64,000 nt of DNA from an uncultured Gammaproteobacteria bacterium. GTDB lineage: Bacteria; Pseudomonadota; Gammaproteobacteria; Pseudomonadales; JAHEGP01. Below are positions 18,013-28,517 of the stretch, piece by piece. The position numbers and the translations under genes were made by a program. The DNA lies in the NCBI GenBank assembly GCA_963792875.1, contig CAWBXV010000002.1:918335-982334 (forward strand), in the 5' to 3' direction. Numbering within the stretch: position 1 is the stretch's first letter; every line of letters begins with the position of its first letter. The notes under the pieces are model-generated. The model was not told where the DNA came from, did not search any database, and saw only the letters and a program-made list of their open reading frames with translations.

Positions 18013-20018
18013 TCCTCGCCCGCCTCGGCCAGTTCGAGCAGCTGCGCGCCGTCGTCGACCAGGTCGCCCTCCCGGCAGCTCAGGCGCTTGACGATGCCGT
18101 GGCGGGGCGCCCGCAGCGTGTGCTCCATCTTCATGGCCTCGATGACCAGCAGCGCCTGGCCGACGTCGACGATGGCGCCTTCGGACACCAGCAGCGAGAT
18201 GACGCGCCCGTTCATCGGCGCCGCGAGCCGGCCCCAGCGGGCGCCGGCGTCGGCCGCGCCGACCTCGGGCTCACACACCGCAAAGTCGGTGGTGCCGATG
18301 CCCTCGATCAACAGGCTGTAACCCCCCGGGCGGGGCTCGCACAGGGCGCGCAGGCGGTGGCCGTCGAGCTCGGCCTGCAGCGCGTTGCCCGTCAGCGTGC
18401 CGCGGCAGTGAAATGCGCGCTCATCGACGTGGACCTGCACTGTGCCGGCCGCCATGGTGTCGTCGCTGGCCAGGCACAGCGCGTACTCGACGCCGTCACA
18501 GCGCAGCCTGACCGTTTCCCGGTGGGGCTGGTTGACGCGCCAGCCGTCGGCCCGCCGCCAGGGCGAGCAGGGGTCGCGGTCAGGTGGCGCCCCGGGGACC
18601 GCCTGCTGCCGCGCCAGGTGCAGATACAGCGCGGCCAGCGGCAGCCAGGCGGGGTGGTGTGCCGTCGTCAGCAGCTCGGCGGCGTGGTGGCCAATGAAGC
18701 CGGTGTCGAGGGCGGCGCCGGCCATGGCGGGGTGCCTCAGCAGCCGGCGCAGCAAGGGCAGATTGGTCGGCAGTCCACCGATGTGATAGTCCGTCAGTGC
18801 GCCGCTCAGCCGGTGCAGGGCCTGCTCGCGGCTCTCTCCCCAGGCCAGCACCTTGGCGATCATGGGGTCGTAGAAGATGCTCACCTCATCGCCCTGGCGG
18901 ATGCCGGTGTCGATGCGCAGGTGCCCGTCGGCGACCGGCTCCCGCAGCAGGGCGATGCGGCCGGCGACCGGCAGAAAGTCACGCGCGGGGTCCTCGGCAT
19001 AGACGCGCGCCTCGATGGCGTGGCCGTGGCAGCGCAGCGCCGACTGCGCCAGCGGCAGCGCCGCTCCGGCGGCTACCCGCAGCTGCCACTCCACCAGGTC
19101 CACGCCGCTGACGAGCTCGGTCACGCCGTGCTCGACCTGCAGGCGGGTGTTCATCTCCATGAAGTAGAACTGATGGGCCGAGTCCAGCAGAAACTCGACC
19201 GTACCCGCTCCCACGTAGTCGATCGCCCGCGCCGCGGCCACGGCCAGTTCGCCCATGCGCTGGCGCAGCGCCGGTGCCAGGCCCGGTGCGGGCGCCTCTT
19301 CGATGATCTTCTGGTGGCGCCGCTGAATGGAGCAATCGCGGTCGAACAGGAATACGCTGCCGCCGTGGCTGTCGCAGAATACCTGCACTTCGACGTGGCG
19401 GGGCCGGTCCAGATATTTTTCCAGCAGCATGCGGTCGTCACCAAAGGCGGTCAGCGCTTCGCGCCGGGCGCTCCTGAGGCTATCCGTAAAGGCGGCGTCG
19501 CCGTCGACGACGCGCATGCCGGTGCCGCCGCCGCCGGCCACCGCCTTGAGCAGCACCGGGTAGCCCAGTTGCCGCGCCTGGCGGTGCAGGGTGGCATCGC
19601 TCTGATCGTCGCCGTGGTAGCCTGGCACAACCGGAATGCCGGCTGCCTCAGCGAGGCGCTTGGCCGCCGACTTGGAACCCATGCGCTCGATGGCCGCGGC
19701 CGGCGGCCCGATGAACACCAGGCCCCGGGCGGCGCAGGCGCGGCAGAACGCGGCGCTCTCGCTGAGGAAGCCATAGCCCGGATGGATCGCCTCGGCGCCG
19801 GTGCGGCGGGCCGCCTCCAGTACGGCGTCGATGTTCAGATAGGAGGCCGACGGCGCCGGGCCGCCGATGAGTACCGCTTCGCCCGCCAGCGCCACGTGCA
19901 GGGCGTCGCGATCCGCCTCGGAGTACACGGCGACGGTGGCGATGCCCATGCGGTGCGCGGTCCGCAGGATGCGGCAGGCGATTTCACCGCGATTGGCGAT
20001 CAGCAGTTTTCTGAACAT
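18009..20018 (-). CDS. liuD: 3-methylcrotonyl-CoA carboxylase alpha (biotin carboxylase + BCCP) subunit
   Basis: The biotin carboxylase N-terminus (MFRKLLIANRGEIACRI), an ATP-grasp domain and the C-terminal biotinylation motif EAMKMEH are present. Confidence 0.93.
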   Translation of the reverse strand: MFRKLLIANRGEIACRILRTAHRMGIATVAVYSEADRDALHVALAGEAVLIGGPAPSASYLNIDAVLEAARRTGAEAIHPGYGFLSESAAFCRACAARGLVFIGPPAAAIERMGSKSAAKRLAEAAGIPVVPGYHGDDQSDATLHRQARQLGYPVLLKAVAGGGGTGMRVVDGDAAFTDSLRSARREALTAFGDDRMLLEKYLDRPRHVEVQVFCDSHGGSVFLFDRDCSIQRRHQKIIEEAPAPGLAPALRQRMGELAVAAARAIDYVGAGTVEFLLDSAHQFYFMEMNTRLQVEHGVTELVSGVDLVEWQLRVAAGAALPLAQSALRCHGHAIEARVYAEDPARDFLPVAGRIALLREPVADGHLRIDTGIRQGDEVSIFYDPMIAKVLAWGESREQALHRLSGALTDYHIGGLPTNLPLLRRLLRHPAMAGAALDTGFIGHHAAELLTTAHHPAWLPLAALYLHLARQQAVPGAPPDRDPCSPWRRADGWRVNQPHRETVRLRCDGVEYALCLASDDTMAAGTVQVHVDERAFHCRGTLTGNALQAELDGHRLRALCEPRPGGYSLLIEGIGTTDFAVCEPEVGAADAGARWGRLAAPMNGRVISLLVSEGAIVDVGQALLVIEAMKMEHTLRAPRHGIVKRLSCREGDLVDDGAQLLELAEAGEE

Positions 20019-20024
20019 GACACC

Positions 20025-20813
20025 TCAGCCCTGCCAGTCCGGCTGGCGTTTTTCGAGGAAGGCGCGCATCCCCTCCTGGCCCTCCGCCGACGTGCGCAGC
20101 CGCGCGATGCCCTCGCTGGTGGCGGCCAGCAGGGCCTCGCTGCGGGGCTCGTGCGCGACCCGGGCGACCAGCCTCTTGCTGGCTGTCAGCGCCTGTGGGC
20201 CGCCTTTGAGCAGTTCGCCGACGCAGCGCTGGACGGCGGCGTCCAGCTGGTCGGCTGCCGCCACTTCCGACAGCAGCCCCAGCGCCTGGGCCCGCGCTGC
20301 CGTAAAGCGCTCGGCCGTGGTGAAGTAGCGGCGCGCCGCGCGGCTGCCGATGGCGGCGACGACGTAGGGCGCGATGGTGGCCGGGATGAGACCCAGCCTC
20401 ACCTCGCTGAGGCAGAAGCTGGCGGTCGGCGCGCCGATGGCGATGTCGCAGCAGCTGATCAGGCCGAGGCCGCCGCCGTAGGCCGGGCCCTGCACCCGGG
20501 CGATGCTCACCTGGGGCAGCTCGTCGAGCTGCTGCAGCATGCGCGCCATGGCCTGCGCATCGCGGTAATTCTCCTGGTAGCTGCAGTCGGCCATGCGCCG
20601 CATCCATTGCAGGTCCGCGCCGGCGCAGAAGTGGTCCCCGGCGGCGGCGAGCACCAGCACCCGCACGCTGGCATCGCGCTGCAGGGCGTCGAAGGCGTCG
20701 CTCAGGTCGGCGATCATGTGGTCATCGAAGGCGTTGCGGCGCTGCGGGCGGTTCAGACACAGCGTCGCTACCGCGGGGCTCGCGCGCGTCAGCAGGACGG
20801 AGGCTTCACTCAT
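20025..20813 (-). CDS. liuC: methylglutaconyl-CoA hydratase (crotonase family)
   Basis: 262 aa enoyl-CoA hydratase fold (LNRPQRRNAF, FCAGADL) positioned between the two MCCase subunit genes. Confidence 0.85.
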   Translation of the reverse strand: MSEASVLLTRASPAVATLCLNRPQRRNAFDDHMIADLSDAFDALQRDASVRVLVLAAAGDHFCAGADLQWMRRMADCSYQENYRDAQAMARMLQQLDELPQVSIARVQGPAYGGGLGLISCCDIAIGAPTASFCLSEVRLGLIPATIAPYVVAAIGSRAARRYFTTAERFTAARAQALGLLSEVAAADQLDAAVQRCVGELLKGGPQALTASKRLVARVAHEPRSEALLAATSEGIARLRTSAEGQEGMRAFLEKRQPDWQG

Positions 20814-20834
20814 GTCGGGCGGGCTCCTTGGCGG

Positions 20835-22445
20835 CTACATCCGAAACACGCCGTAGCGGGTGTCCTCGGCCGGGGCGTTCAGCGACGCCGACAGTGCCAG
20901 CGCAATCGCGCGGCGGGTCTGGGCCGGGTCGATGACGCCGTCGTCCCACAGCCTGGCCGAGGCATAGTAGGGGTGGCCCTGTTGTTCGTAGGTGTCCAGC
21001 ACCGGCTGCTTCAGCGCCGCGGCCGCCTCCGGGCTCAGCGCCTCACCGCGCTGCTCGGCCTGGTGGCGTTTGAGCTGCACCAGCACCTGGGCGGCCTGTT
21101 CGCCGCCCATCACGCTGATGCGGGCGTTGGGCCACATGAAGAGCAGGCGCGGATCGTAGCCGCGTCCGCACATGCCGTAATTGCCGGCCCCGAAGGAGCC
21201 GCCGATGAGTACGGTGAACTTGGGCACCCGGGCGCAGGCGACCGCGGCGACCATCTTGGCGCCATGGCGGGCGATGCCCTCCGCCTCGTAGCGCTTGCCC
21301 ACCATGAAGCCGGTGATGTTCTGCAGAAATATCAGGGGGATGCCGCGCTGGCTGCAGAGCTGCACGAAATGCGTACCCTTCTGTGCCGACTCCGAGAACA
21401 GTACGCCGTTGTTGGCCATGATGCCCACCGGATAGCCCCACCAGCTGGCGAAGCCGCATACCAGCGTGGTGCCGAAGCGCGCCTTGAATTCATCGAACTC
21501 CGAGCCGTCCACCAGGCGCGCGATGACCTCGCGCACGTCATAGGCATGGCGCGGGTCGCGCGGGATGATGCCGTACAGCTGATCCGCCGGGTACAGTGGA
21601 TCGCGCGGCGGCGATACCTCCAGCGCGGTCTGCCTGGTCCGGTTCAGTCGGGCGACGCAGCGCCGCGCCAGCTGCAGCGCGTGCTGGTCATTGTTGGCGT
21701 AGTGGTCGGCGACGCCGGAGATGCGGGTGTGCACGTCGCCGCCGCCCAGTTCCTCGGCGCTGACGACTTCACCGGTGGCGGCCTCCACCAGGGGCGGGCC
21801 GGCCAGGAAGATGGTGCCCTGGTTGCGCACGATGATGGCTTCGTCCGCCATGGCCGGCACGTAGGCGCCGCCGGCGGTGCAGGAGCCCATCACCACCGCG
21901 ATCTGGGGAATGTTGGCAGCGGACATGTTGGCCTGGTTGAAGAAGATGCGGCCGAAGTGCTCGCGGTCGGGAAAGACGTCGGCCTGGCGCGGCAGGTTGG
22001 CACCGCCGGAGTCCACCAGGTAGATGCAGGGCAGGTGGTTCTGGGCCGCGATGGTCTGCGCCCGCAGATGCTTCTTGACCGTCAGGGGATAGTACGAGCC
22101 GCCCTTCACGGTGGCGTCATTGGCGACGATCATGCACTGCCGGCCGCAGACCTGTCCGATGCCGGTGATGATGCCGGCGGCGGGGACTTCTTCGTCGCCG
22201 TAGACGCGGTAAGCGGCCAGCTGCGACAGTTCGAGAAACGGCGAGCCGGGGTCGATCAGTGCGTCGATGCGCTCCCGCGGCAGCAGCTTGCCGCGGGCCT
22301 GGTGGCGCTGCCGGTAGTGCTCGCCGCCGCCCAGCGCGATCTGTGCGACCAGGGCCTTGAGGTCGGCGACCTGCTGCGCCAGGCTGCGATAGTTGTCGGT
22401 ATACGCCTGGCAGCGCACATCGACCTGGCTGACGATGGCGTTCAC
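20835..22445 (-). CDS. liuB: 3-methylcrotonyl-CoA carboxylase beta (carboxyltransferase) subunit
   Basis: 536 aa with two carboxyltransferase halves ([30 protein letters not shown]). Confidence 0.93.
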   Translation of the reverse strand: MNAIVSQVDVRCQAYTDNYRSLAQQVADLKALVAQIALGGGEHYRQRHQARGKLLPRERIDALIDPGSPFLELSQLAAYRVYGDEEVPAAGIITGIGQVCGRQCMIVANDATVKGGSYYPLTVKKHLRAQTIAAQNHLPCIYLVDSGGANLPRQADVFPDREHFGRIFFNQANMSAANIPQIAVVMGSCTAGGAYVPAMADEAIIVRNQGTIFLAGPPLVEAATGEVVSAEELGGGDVHTRISGVADHYANNDQHALQLARRCVARLNRTRQTALEVSPPRDPLYPADQLYGIIPRDPRHAYDVREVIARLVDGSEFDEFKARFGTTLVCGFASWWGYPVGIMANNGVLFSESAQKGTHFVQLCSQRGIPLIFLQNITGFMVGKRYEAEGIARHGAKMVAAVACARVPKFTVLIGGSFGAGNYGMCGRGYDPRLLFMWPNARISVMGGEQAAQVLVQLKRHQAEQRGEALSPEAAAALKQPVLDTYEQQGHPYYASARLWDDGVIDPAQTRRAIALALSASLNAPAEDTRYGVFRM

Positions 22446-22494
22446 AGCCGCGGCCCCGGCTGGCGGCGCGCCCCGGTCGGGCAGCGGCGGCGGC

Positions 22495-23664
22495 TCACGC
22501 CGTCTCCCGGAACAGCTCTCTGCCGATCAGCACGCGCCGGATCTCGGAGGTGCCGGCGCCGATCTCGTAGAGCTTGGCGTCGCGCAGCAGGCGGCCGGCG
22601 GGAAAATCGTTGATATAGCCGTTGCCGCCCAGGATCTGGATGGCTTCCAGCGCCGCCCGCGTGGCGTTCTCGGCCGCGAACAGGATGACCGCGGCGGCGT
22701 CCTTGCGGCTGCTGTGGCCGTCATCGCAGGCTCTGGCCACGGCGTAGAGATAGGCCCGCGATGCATTGAGCTGAGTGTAGAGATCGGCGACCTTGGCCTG
22801 GATGAGCTGAAACTCGCCGATGCTCTGGCCGAACTGCACGCGGTCGTGGGTATAGGGCAGCACCAGATCCAGGCAGGCCTGCATGATGCCGACCGGCCCG
22901 GCCGCCAGCACGACCCGCTCGTAGTCGAGGCCCGACATCAGCACCCGCACGCCCTGATTGAGCCCGCCCAGAATGTTCCCGGCCGGCACGGTGCAGTCCT
23001 CGAACACCAGCTCGCAGGTGCCGGAGCCGCGCATGCCCAGTTTGTCGAGCTTGGGTGAGCGGCCGAAACCGGGTCGGTCGCGCTCGACGATGAAGGCGGT
23101 GATGCCCCGGCTGCCGGCGGTTTTGTCGGTGCGGGCATAGATGATATAGGTGTCGGCGTCCGGCCCGTTGGTGATCCACATCTTGCGGCCGTTCAGCACG
23201 TAGCCGTCGCCGCGCTGCTCGGCGCGCAGCGACAGCCCCACCACGTCCGAACCGGCGTTGGGCTCGGACATGGCCAGGGCACCGACGTGCTCGCCGCTGC
23301 ACAGGGGCGGCAGGTAGCGTGCGCGCTGGGCCGGGGTGCCGTTGAGGCAGATCTGATTGACGCACAGATTGGAGTGCGCGCCGTAGGACAGGCCCACCGC
23401 GGCGGAGGCCCGGCTGATCTCCTCCATCGCCACGGCGTGGGCCAGATAGCCCATGCCCGCCCCTCCCAGGCTTTCCGGCACCGTGATGCCCAGCAGGCCC
23501 AGCGCGCCCAGCTTGGGCCACAGATCGCGCGGGAAGGCGTTGTCGCGGTCGATGAGCGCTGCCCGCGGCGCGATTTCGGCCTCGCAGAACTGCCGCACGG
23601 AATGGCGCAGCAGCGTGCAGTCTTCGCCGAGCGCGAAATCCAGTTGTGAGTAGCTGGTGGCCAT
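22495..23664 (-). CDS. liuA: isovaleryl-CoA dehydrogenase
   Basis: 389 aa acyl-CoA dehydrogenase ([22 protein letters not shown]) placed first in the liu gene order. Confidence 0.92.
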   Translation of the reverse strand: MATSYSQLDFALGEDCTLLRHSVRQFCEAEIAPRAALIDRDNAFPRDLWPKLGALGLLGITVPESLGGAGMGYLAHAVAMEEISRASAAVGLSYGAHSNLCVNQICLNGTPAQRARYLPPLCSGEHVGALAMSEPNAGSDVVGLSLRAEQRGDGYVLNGRKMWITNGPDADTYIIYARTDKTAGSRGITAFIVERDRPGFGRSPKLDKLGMRGSGTCELVFEDCTVPAGNILGGLNQGVRVLMSGLDYERVVLAAGPVGIMQACLDLVLPYTHDRVQFGQSIGEFQLIQAKVADLYTQLNASRAYLYAVARACDDGHSSRKDAAAVILFAAENATRAALEAIQILGGNGYINDFPAGRLLRDAKLYEIGAGTSEIRRVLIGRELFRETA

Positions 23665-23800
23665 CCCTGTCTCCTGTGAGCTGGCGTGCCCGAGGCCTAT
23701 CCCTGGGGCGCGGCCTCCGGGCGAGTCTATCCAAGCAGCCCCCGGACCACAATAGGGCCTGCGAGCGCAAGCCGGGCCGCCCGCCGGCCGTTACTGCCGC

Positions 23801-24433
23801 CTAGAACCGGTATTGCACGGAGGCGCTGAGGCTGCGTGCGACCACCCGGGTATCGAGGTAGTCGTAAAAGTCATCTTCGTCCTCGATATCCCGCAGGTCG
23901 CCGGTGAACCAGTAGGTGGCCTGAGCGGCCAGTTCGATGCCGATGTTCTGGGTGGGAAAGAACACCAGGCCGATGACGGCGCTGGTGCCGAAGCGCGATT
24001 TGCGCTCGTCGACGATGTCGCCACCGAGCGCATTGCAGCAGGCCTCCGCCTGGTAGGAGACGCCGGAAGGGCCGACTTTGAAGGTGAAATCCAGCCACTC
24101 GGTCAGCACCTGGTCGATCACGAAGTAGGCCGTCAGCGCGCTGGCCTTCAGGTCGACGCTGGTGCCGCCCTTGCTGTTGGAGACTGCGCCGAAGCGGTCG
24201 AAGGCGCCGGCCACGCCGAGCTGAAACCCGCCGGGTTTGCCCAGGTCCCAGATGTGACCGATCTCGAGGCGGAAACCCGTTGCGCGCTCATCGTCCACTA
24301 TCCGCACGAACGAGTCGCTGTCGTTGCCCCGGTAGCTGTTGGTAGAGAGGCCGGCGGCGACATACATGCCGTCCTTCGACGCCCAGGCGGAGGTGGCGGC
24401 GATGGCCAGCACGATGGTAGCGGGAATGCGCAC
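23801..24433 (-). CDS. small outer-membrane beta-barrel protein (OmpA-like/OmpW-like porin family)
   Basis: 210 aa with signal peptide MRIPATIVLAIAATSAWA, alternating amphipathic strands and a C-terminal aromatic end (VQYRF). Confidence 0.7.
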   Translation of the reverse strand: MRIPATIVLAIAATSAWASKDGMYVAAGLSTNSYRGNDSDSFVRIVDDERATGFRLEIGHIWDLGKPGGFQLGVAGAFDRFGAVSNSKGGTSVDLKASALTAYFVIDQVLTEWLDFTFKVGPSGVSYQAEACCNALGGDIVDERKSRFGTSAVIGLVFFPTQNIGIELAAQATYWFTGDLRDIEDEDDFYDYLDTRVVARSLSASVQYRF

Positions 24434-24612
24434 GGTAGTTCTCCTCGGTCTGCGGTTTTATGCTGCGAGTATATCAGCAGCCCGGCAGCCTGCCAGCGAG
24501 GGCGCGTGATCAGCGCGCTGCGCCCCGGGTGCCCGCGGGCGGCTGGCGATGGTATCCTCCTCGTTTGACGCGGGCGCTGGTTACCCCGCTTCGCCGTTGG
24601 AGACGATACCCC

Positions 24613-25098
24613 ATGCCACTGGAATATCCCTTTGGACACGAACTGGACACCGTACTGGAGAAACTGCTCGATCCGGCATTCATCCAGGCGCGCAGCCTGG
24701 CGCTGGGAGAAGAGCGCTGCCAGTGCACTGCGCAGCGCGAGCAGGACGCGGCCCGCATGACCACCGTGCGGGTCGTCGGGCTGGACCTGCCCAGGGTCGC
24801 GTTGAGGTTCTTCAGCGCCAGACAGACCATGCACATGGAGGAAACCTGGCGCCGTCAGGGCGAGGGCTGGTGCGGCAGCTACCACGTCGACATCCCCGAA
24901 CAGCCCCTGACGATCGATGCCGAATTCACGCTCGAGCCGACGCCTGAGGGCTGCCTGTTCCGCATCGCACACACGGTGCATGTGACGATCCCGGTGGTGA
25001 GCAGGCCCGCGGAGGCATTCATCGCCAAGACGGTGGCCAGGGGTACCCGGGCGGAATGCGACTACCTGCGCGATCAGCTGGCGCGGGCGCCGCGCTGA
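24613..25098 (+). CDS. hypothetical protein, DUF2505/SRPBCC-like
   Basis: ATG at 24613 is preceded by GGAGA. The 161-aa product begins MPLEYPFGHELDTVLEKLLDPAFIQARS, which resembles DUF2505 N-termini. The ORF-track start at 24460 is an Arg-rich extension. Confidence 0.5.
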   Translation: MPLEYPFGHELDTVLEKLLDPAFIQARSLALGEERCQCTAQREQDAARMTTVRVVGLDLPRVALRFFSARQTMHMEETWRRQGEGWCGSYHVDIPEQPLTIDAEFTLEPTPEGCLFRIAHTVHVTIPVVSRPAEAFIAKTVARGTRAECDYLRDQLARAPR

Positions 25099-25137
25099 TC
25101 CGATGGTTCGGCGGGAGGGCCGGACGGCACCGTCCGG

Positions 25138-26169
25138 TCAGTCCCCGAAGTGCCGCTTGAGCGCCGTGAATATGGGCTCGACGTTGCGCCGGACCATATG
25201 CCGTCCGATGGGGGCGGCAATGACCCTGCCCATGCCGTCGACTTTGGCGGTAGAGGTCTGGGTCAGTATGATCAGCGCGGTGCGGTCGCCGTCCGGGAGC
25301 ATCAGCATGACGACCTGAAGGTTGTCCAGGGTGTGACTGATGTAATACTGCCGCTCGACGATCAGGGCGTAGTCGTCGCCGATGTCCTGCATGGCGTGTT
25401 TGATAACGAACAGCGGTCGCCCGCCCTGCGTGTCGCGGAACCAGGAGTGGGTGTGCTGGTAGCCATCGGGGCCGTTGCGCGGCCAGGCCTGGAGTGCCGC
25501 ATAAAAGCGCGGAAAGTAGCGCTGTATGACCCGGTAGGAATCGGTGGCTGCCTTGAGGTTGAAGGCGGAGTCCGTTGCGCTGCCGCCCGGTCGCAGATAC
25601 GGGGCGATCCCGGCAACGCCCCGTTCGATGTACTGCAGGTACCGCTCCCGCATGAGGCCGCGCAGCAGCTCACTGGCCAGGGCTGCGTCATCCTGCGGCT
25701 GCTGCCGCTGTCGCGCCTGGCGGACCAGCGCGTCCAGCTGCTCGATCTCGTTGGCGCTGTAGTTGAAATCGCCCGTCGCTCGCGGGTTCAGCAGAAAAGC
25801 GATGTCCTTCTGCTCACTCCGCTTCAGCCGCACGGGTTCGAAGGCGGCGGCGACGGCCTGAGTGGACGATCCGTCGATGGTGGCGACCAGGCTGTCCGAG
25901 ATGCGGGTATCGGTGGCCATCGCGTGAACGAGATCGGCGATGGCTGCGGGGTAGCTCGACATCATGACGCCGGCGACTGCGCTGGTTTCCGGCTCGCTGC
26001 CTGGCGCGCTCAGCCAGACGATCTTGCCGGCGCCGATGGCAGAGCGGTAGCGGGTGAGATCGGCGGCATCCAGGATGTCGTCGATCGAGGGAACATCGCT
26101 GCCGGCGGCGAAGGCGACAGGTGAGAGAAAGGCGATGAGCAGCGCCAGGCGGCGGCCAGTGTTTGTCAT
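25138..26169 (-). CDS. hypothetical secreted protein (343 aa)
   Basis: Clear signal peptide (RRLALLIAFLSPVAFAAG) and coding-like composition. I recognise no family motif. Confidence 0.6.
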   Translation of the reverse strand: MTNTGRRLALLIAFLSPVAFAAGSDVPSIDDILDAADLTRYRSAIGAGKIVWLSAPGSEPETSAVAGVMMSSYPAAIADLVHAMATDTRISDSLVATIDGSSTQAVAAAFEPVRLKRSEQKDIAFLLNPRATGDFNYSANEIEQLDALVRQARQRQQPQDDAALASELLRGLMRERYLQYIERGVAGIAPYLRPGGSATDSAFNLKAATDSYRVIQRYFPRFYAALQAWPRNGPDGYQHTHSWFRDTQGGRPLFVIKHAMQDIGDDYALIVERQYYISHTLDNLQVVMLMLPDGDRTALIILTQTSTAKVDGMGRVIAAPIGRHMVRRNVEPIFTALKRHFGD

Positions 26170-26352
26170 GGTTCAATGTCTCCAGCGGTCGCGCGTGCCA
26201 GGGGCCGCAGCGTTCAATGCACGATAGCCGGCAAGGAGGGCCGCGGGCAAGCTTTGGTCTGCCAAGCCCCCCTGGGCGGGCGGCCTGCGCCGGCGCATCC
26301 CGCACCGGCCACAATCAGCCGCGAGCCCGCAGACTGCCTGCCGGGCTGCCCG

Positions 26353-27579
26353 CTAGCGGCCGGTCCGACGGATCAGCACGCGGGCTCCCAGCAGTCCCAG
26401 CGCTGCGGTTCCGGCCATCAGGGCCAGCGGTTTCCCGAGGTCCAGCAGGTTCTCCCCGCGCCGGAAGATCCCCTCGTAGGCTTCCAGCGCCCAGGTGTTG
26501 GGGGTAAGCCACCCTGCGCCCTGCAGTTCGTTGGGCATCAGAAAGCGCGGCACCATGCTGCCGCCGATGGCCGACAGCAGCAGCACGGCGATGTGGCCGA
26601 GCGTCTGTGCTTGCTGGCGGGTGCCGCAGGCGCTGACGAAGAGCAGGGCCAGGCCGGCAGAACAGGATGCCGCCGCCAGCGTCACTGCCGCCCACGGCGC
26701 CCAGTGGCCCGGCAGATCGACGCCGAACACGGCCCAGGCCACGGTGTAGATGACCGCTACCTGGACCATTCCCTGCAGCACGAGAAAGCTGAATTTGCCC
26801 TCGATCATCGCGCCGACCCCACCGGGCCCCATGCTGAGCCGGTCGAACAGGCCGCACTGCTTTTCGTCCAGCACGGTCAGCGCGCCGTTGAGGCTGGCCA
26901 GCAGCAGAAACAGCATGGCGACGGCGCCCGCGTAATAGCTCACGCTGGCGGGGGCTGCGCCGGGCTCGGAAGTCGAGCGCAGCTGGAACAGTGCAGCCGG
27001 CGGCAGCGGGCTTGGCGGGGCGCTGTCCCAGCGCTGCAGGCCGAGTTCGAGTGCGGTGCGCTGACCGTCGGTAAACGGCACCAGCGCCTGGTCGATGACG
27101 GCGGCGACCATGCGAATGCGGGCCCCGGGCAGCGCCTCCATCCACGCGGTCTGCACAGCGCCAGCCACGATGGTGGCGGCAATGCTCCGCAGCGGGTCGA
27201 ACACGATCTCGACCGGTGCCTCGTCCGCCGGACCCAAAGCGGAAAATGCGGTCTGATTGTCGCGCAGCCTGACGGCGGCGTCGACCTGGCCGCTTCTGAC
27301 CAGGTTGAGGAGTTCCTCGGCGCTGCCCGCGCTGGCATCGACTGTCGTCACGGCGGCGATCTCCGGGCGCGCTGTGAGCGCCGCGGCCAGCTTGCCGGAT
27401 TCGACGGTCTGGCGCTGGTCCAGCAGCGCCAGCCGCACGCTGAGATCGCCCCCGGCTGCCGCGGAGAAGATCAGGGCGAAAATCACGAAAACGACACCCG
27501 GCAGCAGGAAAGCCATGGCCAGGGCGCCTTTGTCCCGCCACAGGTCCAGCGCCATCACGCGGAAATAGGCGGCCCTCAC
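26353..27579 (-). CDS. ABC-2 type exporter permease
   Basis: N-terminal cytoplasmic stretch and first TM (YFRVMALDLWRDKGALAMAFLLPGVVFVIFALIF), a large periplasmic loop and a C-terminal cluster of TM helices. The proposed GTG start at 27579 overlaps the ATPase stop as GTGA. Confidence 0.8.
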   Translation of the reverse strand: MRAAYFRVMALDLWRDKGALAMAFLLPGVVFVIFALIFSAAAGGDLSVRLALLDQRQTVESGKLAAALTARPEIAAVTTVDASAGSAEELLNLVRSGQVDAAVRLRDNQTAFSALGPADEAPVEIVFDPLRSIAATIVAGAVQTAWMEALPGARIRMVAAVIDQALVPFTDGQRTALELGLQRWDSAPPSPLPPAALFQLRSTSEPGAAPASVSYYAGAVAMLFLLLASLNGALTVLDEKQCGLFDRLSMGPGGVGAMIEGKFSFLVLQGMVQVAVIYTVAWAVFGVDLPGHWAPWAAVTLAAASCSAGLALLFVSACGTRQQAQTLGHIAVLLLSAIGGSMVPRFLMPNELQGAGWLTPNTWALEAYEGIFRRGENLLDLGKPLALMAGTAALGLLGARVLIRRTGR

Positions 27580-28517
27580 GCGGCCGCTCCGGGTCGACTG
27601 ACAACGTTCATCAGGGCGTCGAGGCTGGGGTCTCTGACCCTCACTTCCCTGATCAGCGCATCGAAAGCCAGCAGCGCGTGCACCAGGTGATCGACCTGTC
27701 GCTGCCGGTTGTCGATCAGGCCCGTCCATTGGTGCCCGGAGCCGACCGCCGCCAGCCCCGATGATCTGAGCATGTGCTGGCAGGCGTCGAGGCGGCTGTC
27801 ACCCGCCGCGCGGGCCGCCAGCGTGATGCTCACCTCGCGCTTGTCCTGGAAGAAGCCGGCGATCACGCGGCCGGTGGGGCCCGCGGCGCGGATGCGGCCG
27901 TCCACCAGAATGGCCAGTTGATCGGCCAGCTCGTCGGCATCTTCCAGCTCGTGGGTCGTCAACAGGATCGCCAGACCGCGCGCTTGCAGATTGCGGAGTA
28001 TGCGCTTGAGCTGCCGCCGCGCGGCGCTGTCCACCCCGGCCGTGGGTTCATCGAGCACCAGCAGCGTGGGGTGGTGCACCAGACCGAGCGCCACATTCAG
28101 CAGTCGCTGCTGGCCGCCGGACAGCGCTCCGGCGAGCTTGCGGCGCTTGTCCTCGAGGCCCACCAGCGGCAGCACCTCGTCTACCCGCCCGCCCACATCG
28201 CGTCGGCGGACGCCCAGAATGCGGCTGATGTTGCGTAGGTTTTCCTCTACGGTGAGTCGCGGATACAGGGTGATCGTCTGGGGTACCCAGCCGATGTGCC
28301 TGCGCACCGCGTGGTTGCGCCATGGGCGCTGGCCGTTGAGGCTGATCTGCCCGCTGAGCGGCCTCCTGGAACCGGTGATCAGGCTGACGAGTGTGGATTT
28401 TCCCGCCCCGTTGGGGCCCAGCAGCGCCATGATCTGTCCCTCCGCGAGTTCGAGGGACACACCCTGCAGCGCGGCGTGAGCGCCGTAGCGGTAGTGGACG
28501 TCGGCGAGGCTCAGCAC
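27576..28517 (-). CDS. ABC transporter ATP-binding protein
   Basis: Walker A GPNGAGKST, signature LSGGQQRLL and Walker B LLVLDEPT are present, plus a ~90-aa C-terminal extension. Confidence 0.9.
   Translation of the reverse strand: MLSLADVHYRYGAHAALQGVSLELAEGQIMALLGPNGAGKSTLVSLITGSRRPLSGQISLNGQRPWRNHAVRRHIGWVPQTITLYPRLTVEENLRNISRILGVRRRDVGGRVDEVLPLVGLEDKRRKLAGALSGGQQRLLNVALGLVHHPTLLVLDEPTAGVDSAARRQLKRILRNLQARGLAILLTTHELEDADELADQLAILVDGRIRAAGPTGRVIAGFFQDKREVSITLAARAAGDSRLDACQHMLRSSGLAAVGSGHQWTGLIDNRQRQVDHLVHALLAFDALIREVRVRDPSLDALMNVVSRPGAAA

Noticed and set aside
18003-22613. A 1536-aa plus-strand ORF, the second longest in the window.
   Set aside because: It runs exactly antisense to liuD, liuC, liuB and part of liuA, all of which have unmistakable family motifs. 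Its translation is Arg/Ala/Gly/Pro-rich and low-complexity with no motif. GC-rich third positions suppress stop codons on the opposite strand, so this is a high-GC artefact.
26315-27604. A 429-aa minus-strand ORF overlapping the ABC-2 permease in another frame. The 556-aa plus-strand ORF at 55152-56822 similarly overlaps gltS.
   Set aside because: The alternative frames are Arg/Pro/Gly-rich and lack TM helices. The chosen frames give canonical permease and GltS membrane topology and coupled start/stop signals.
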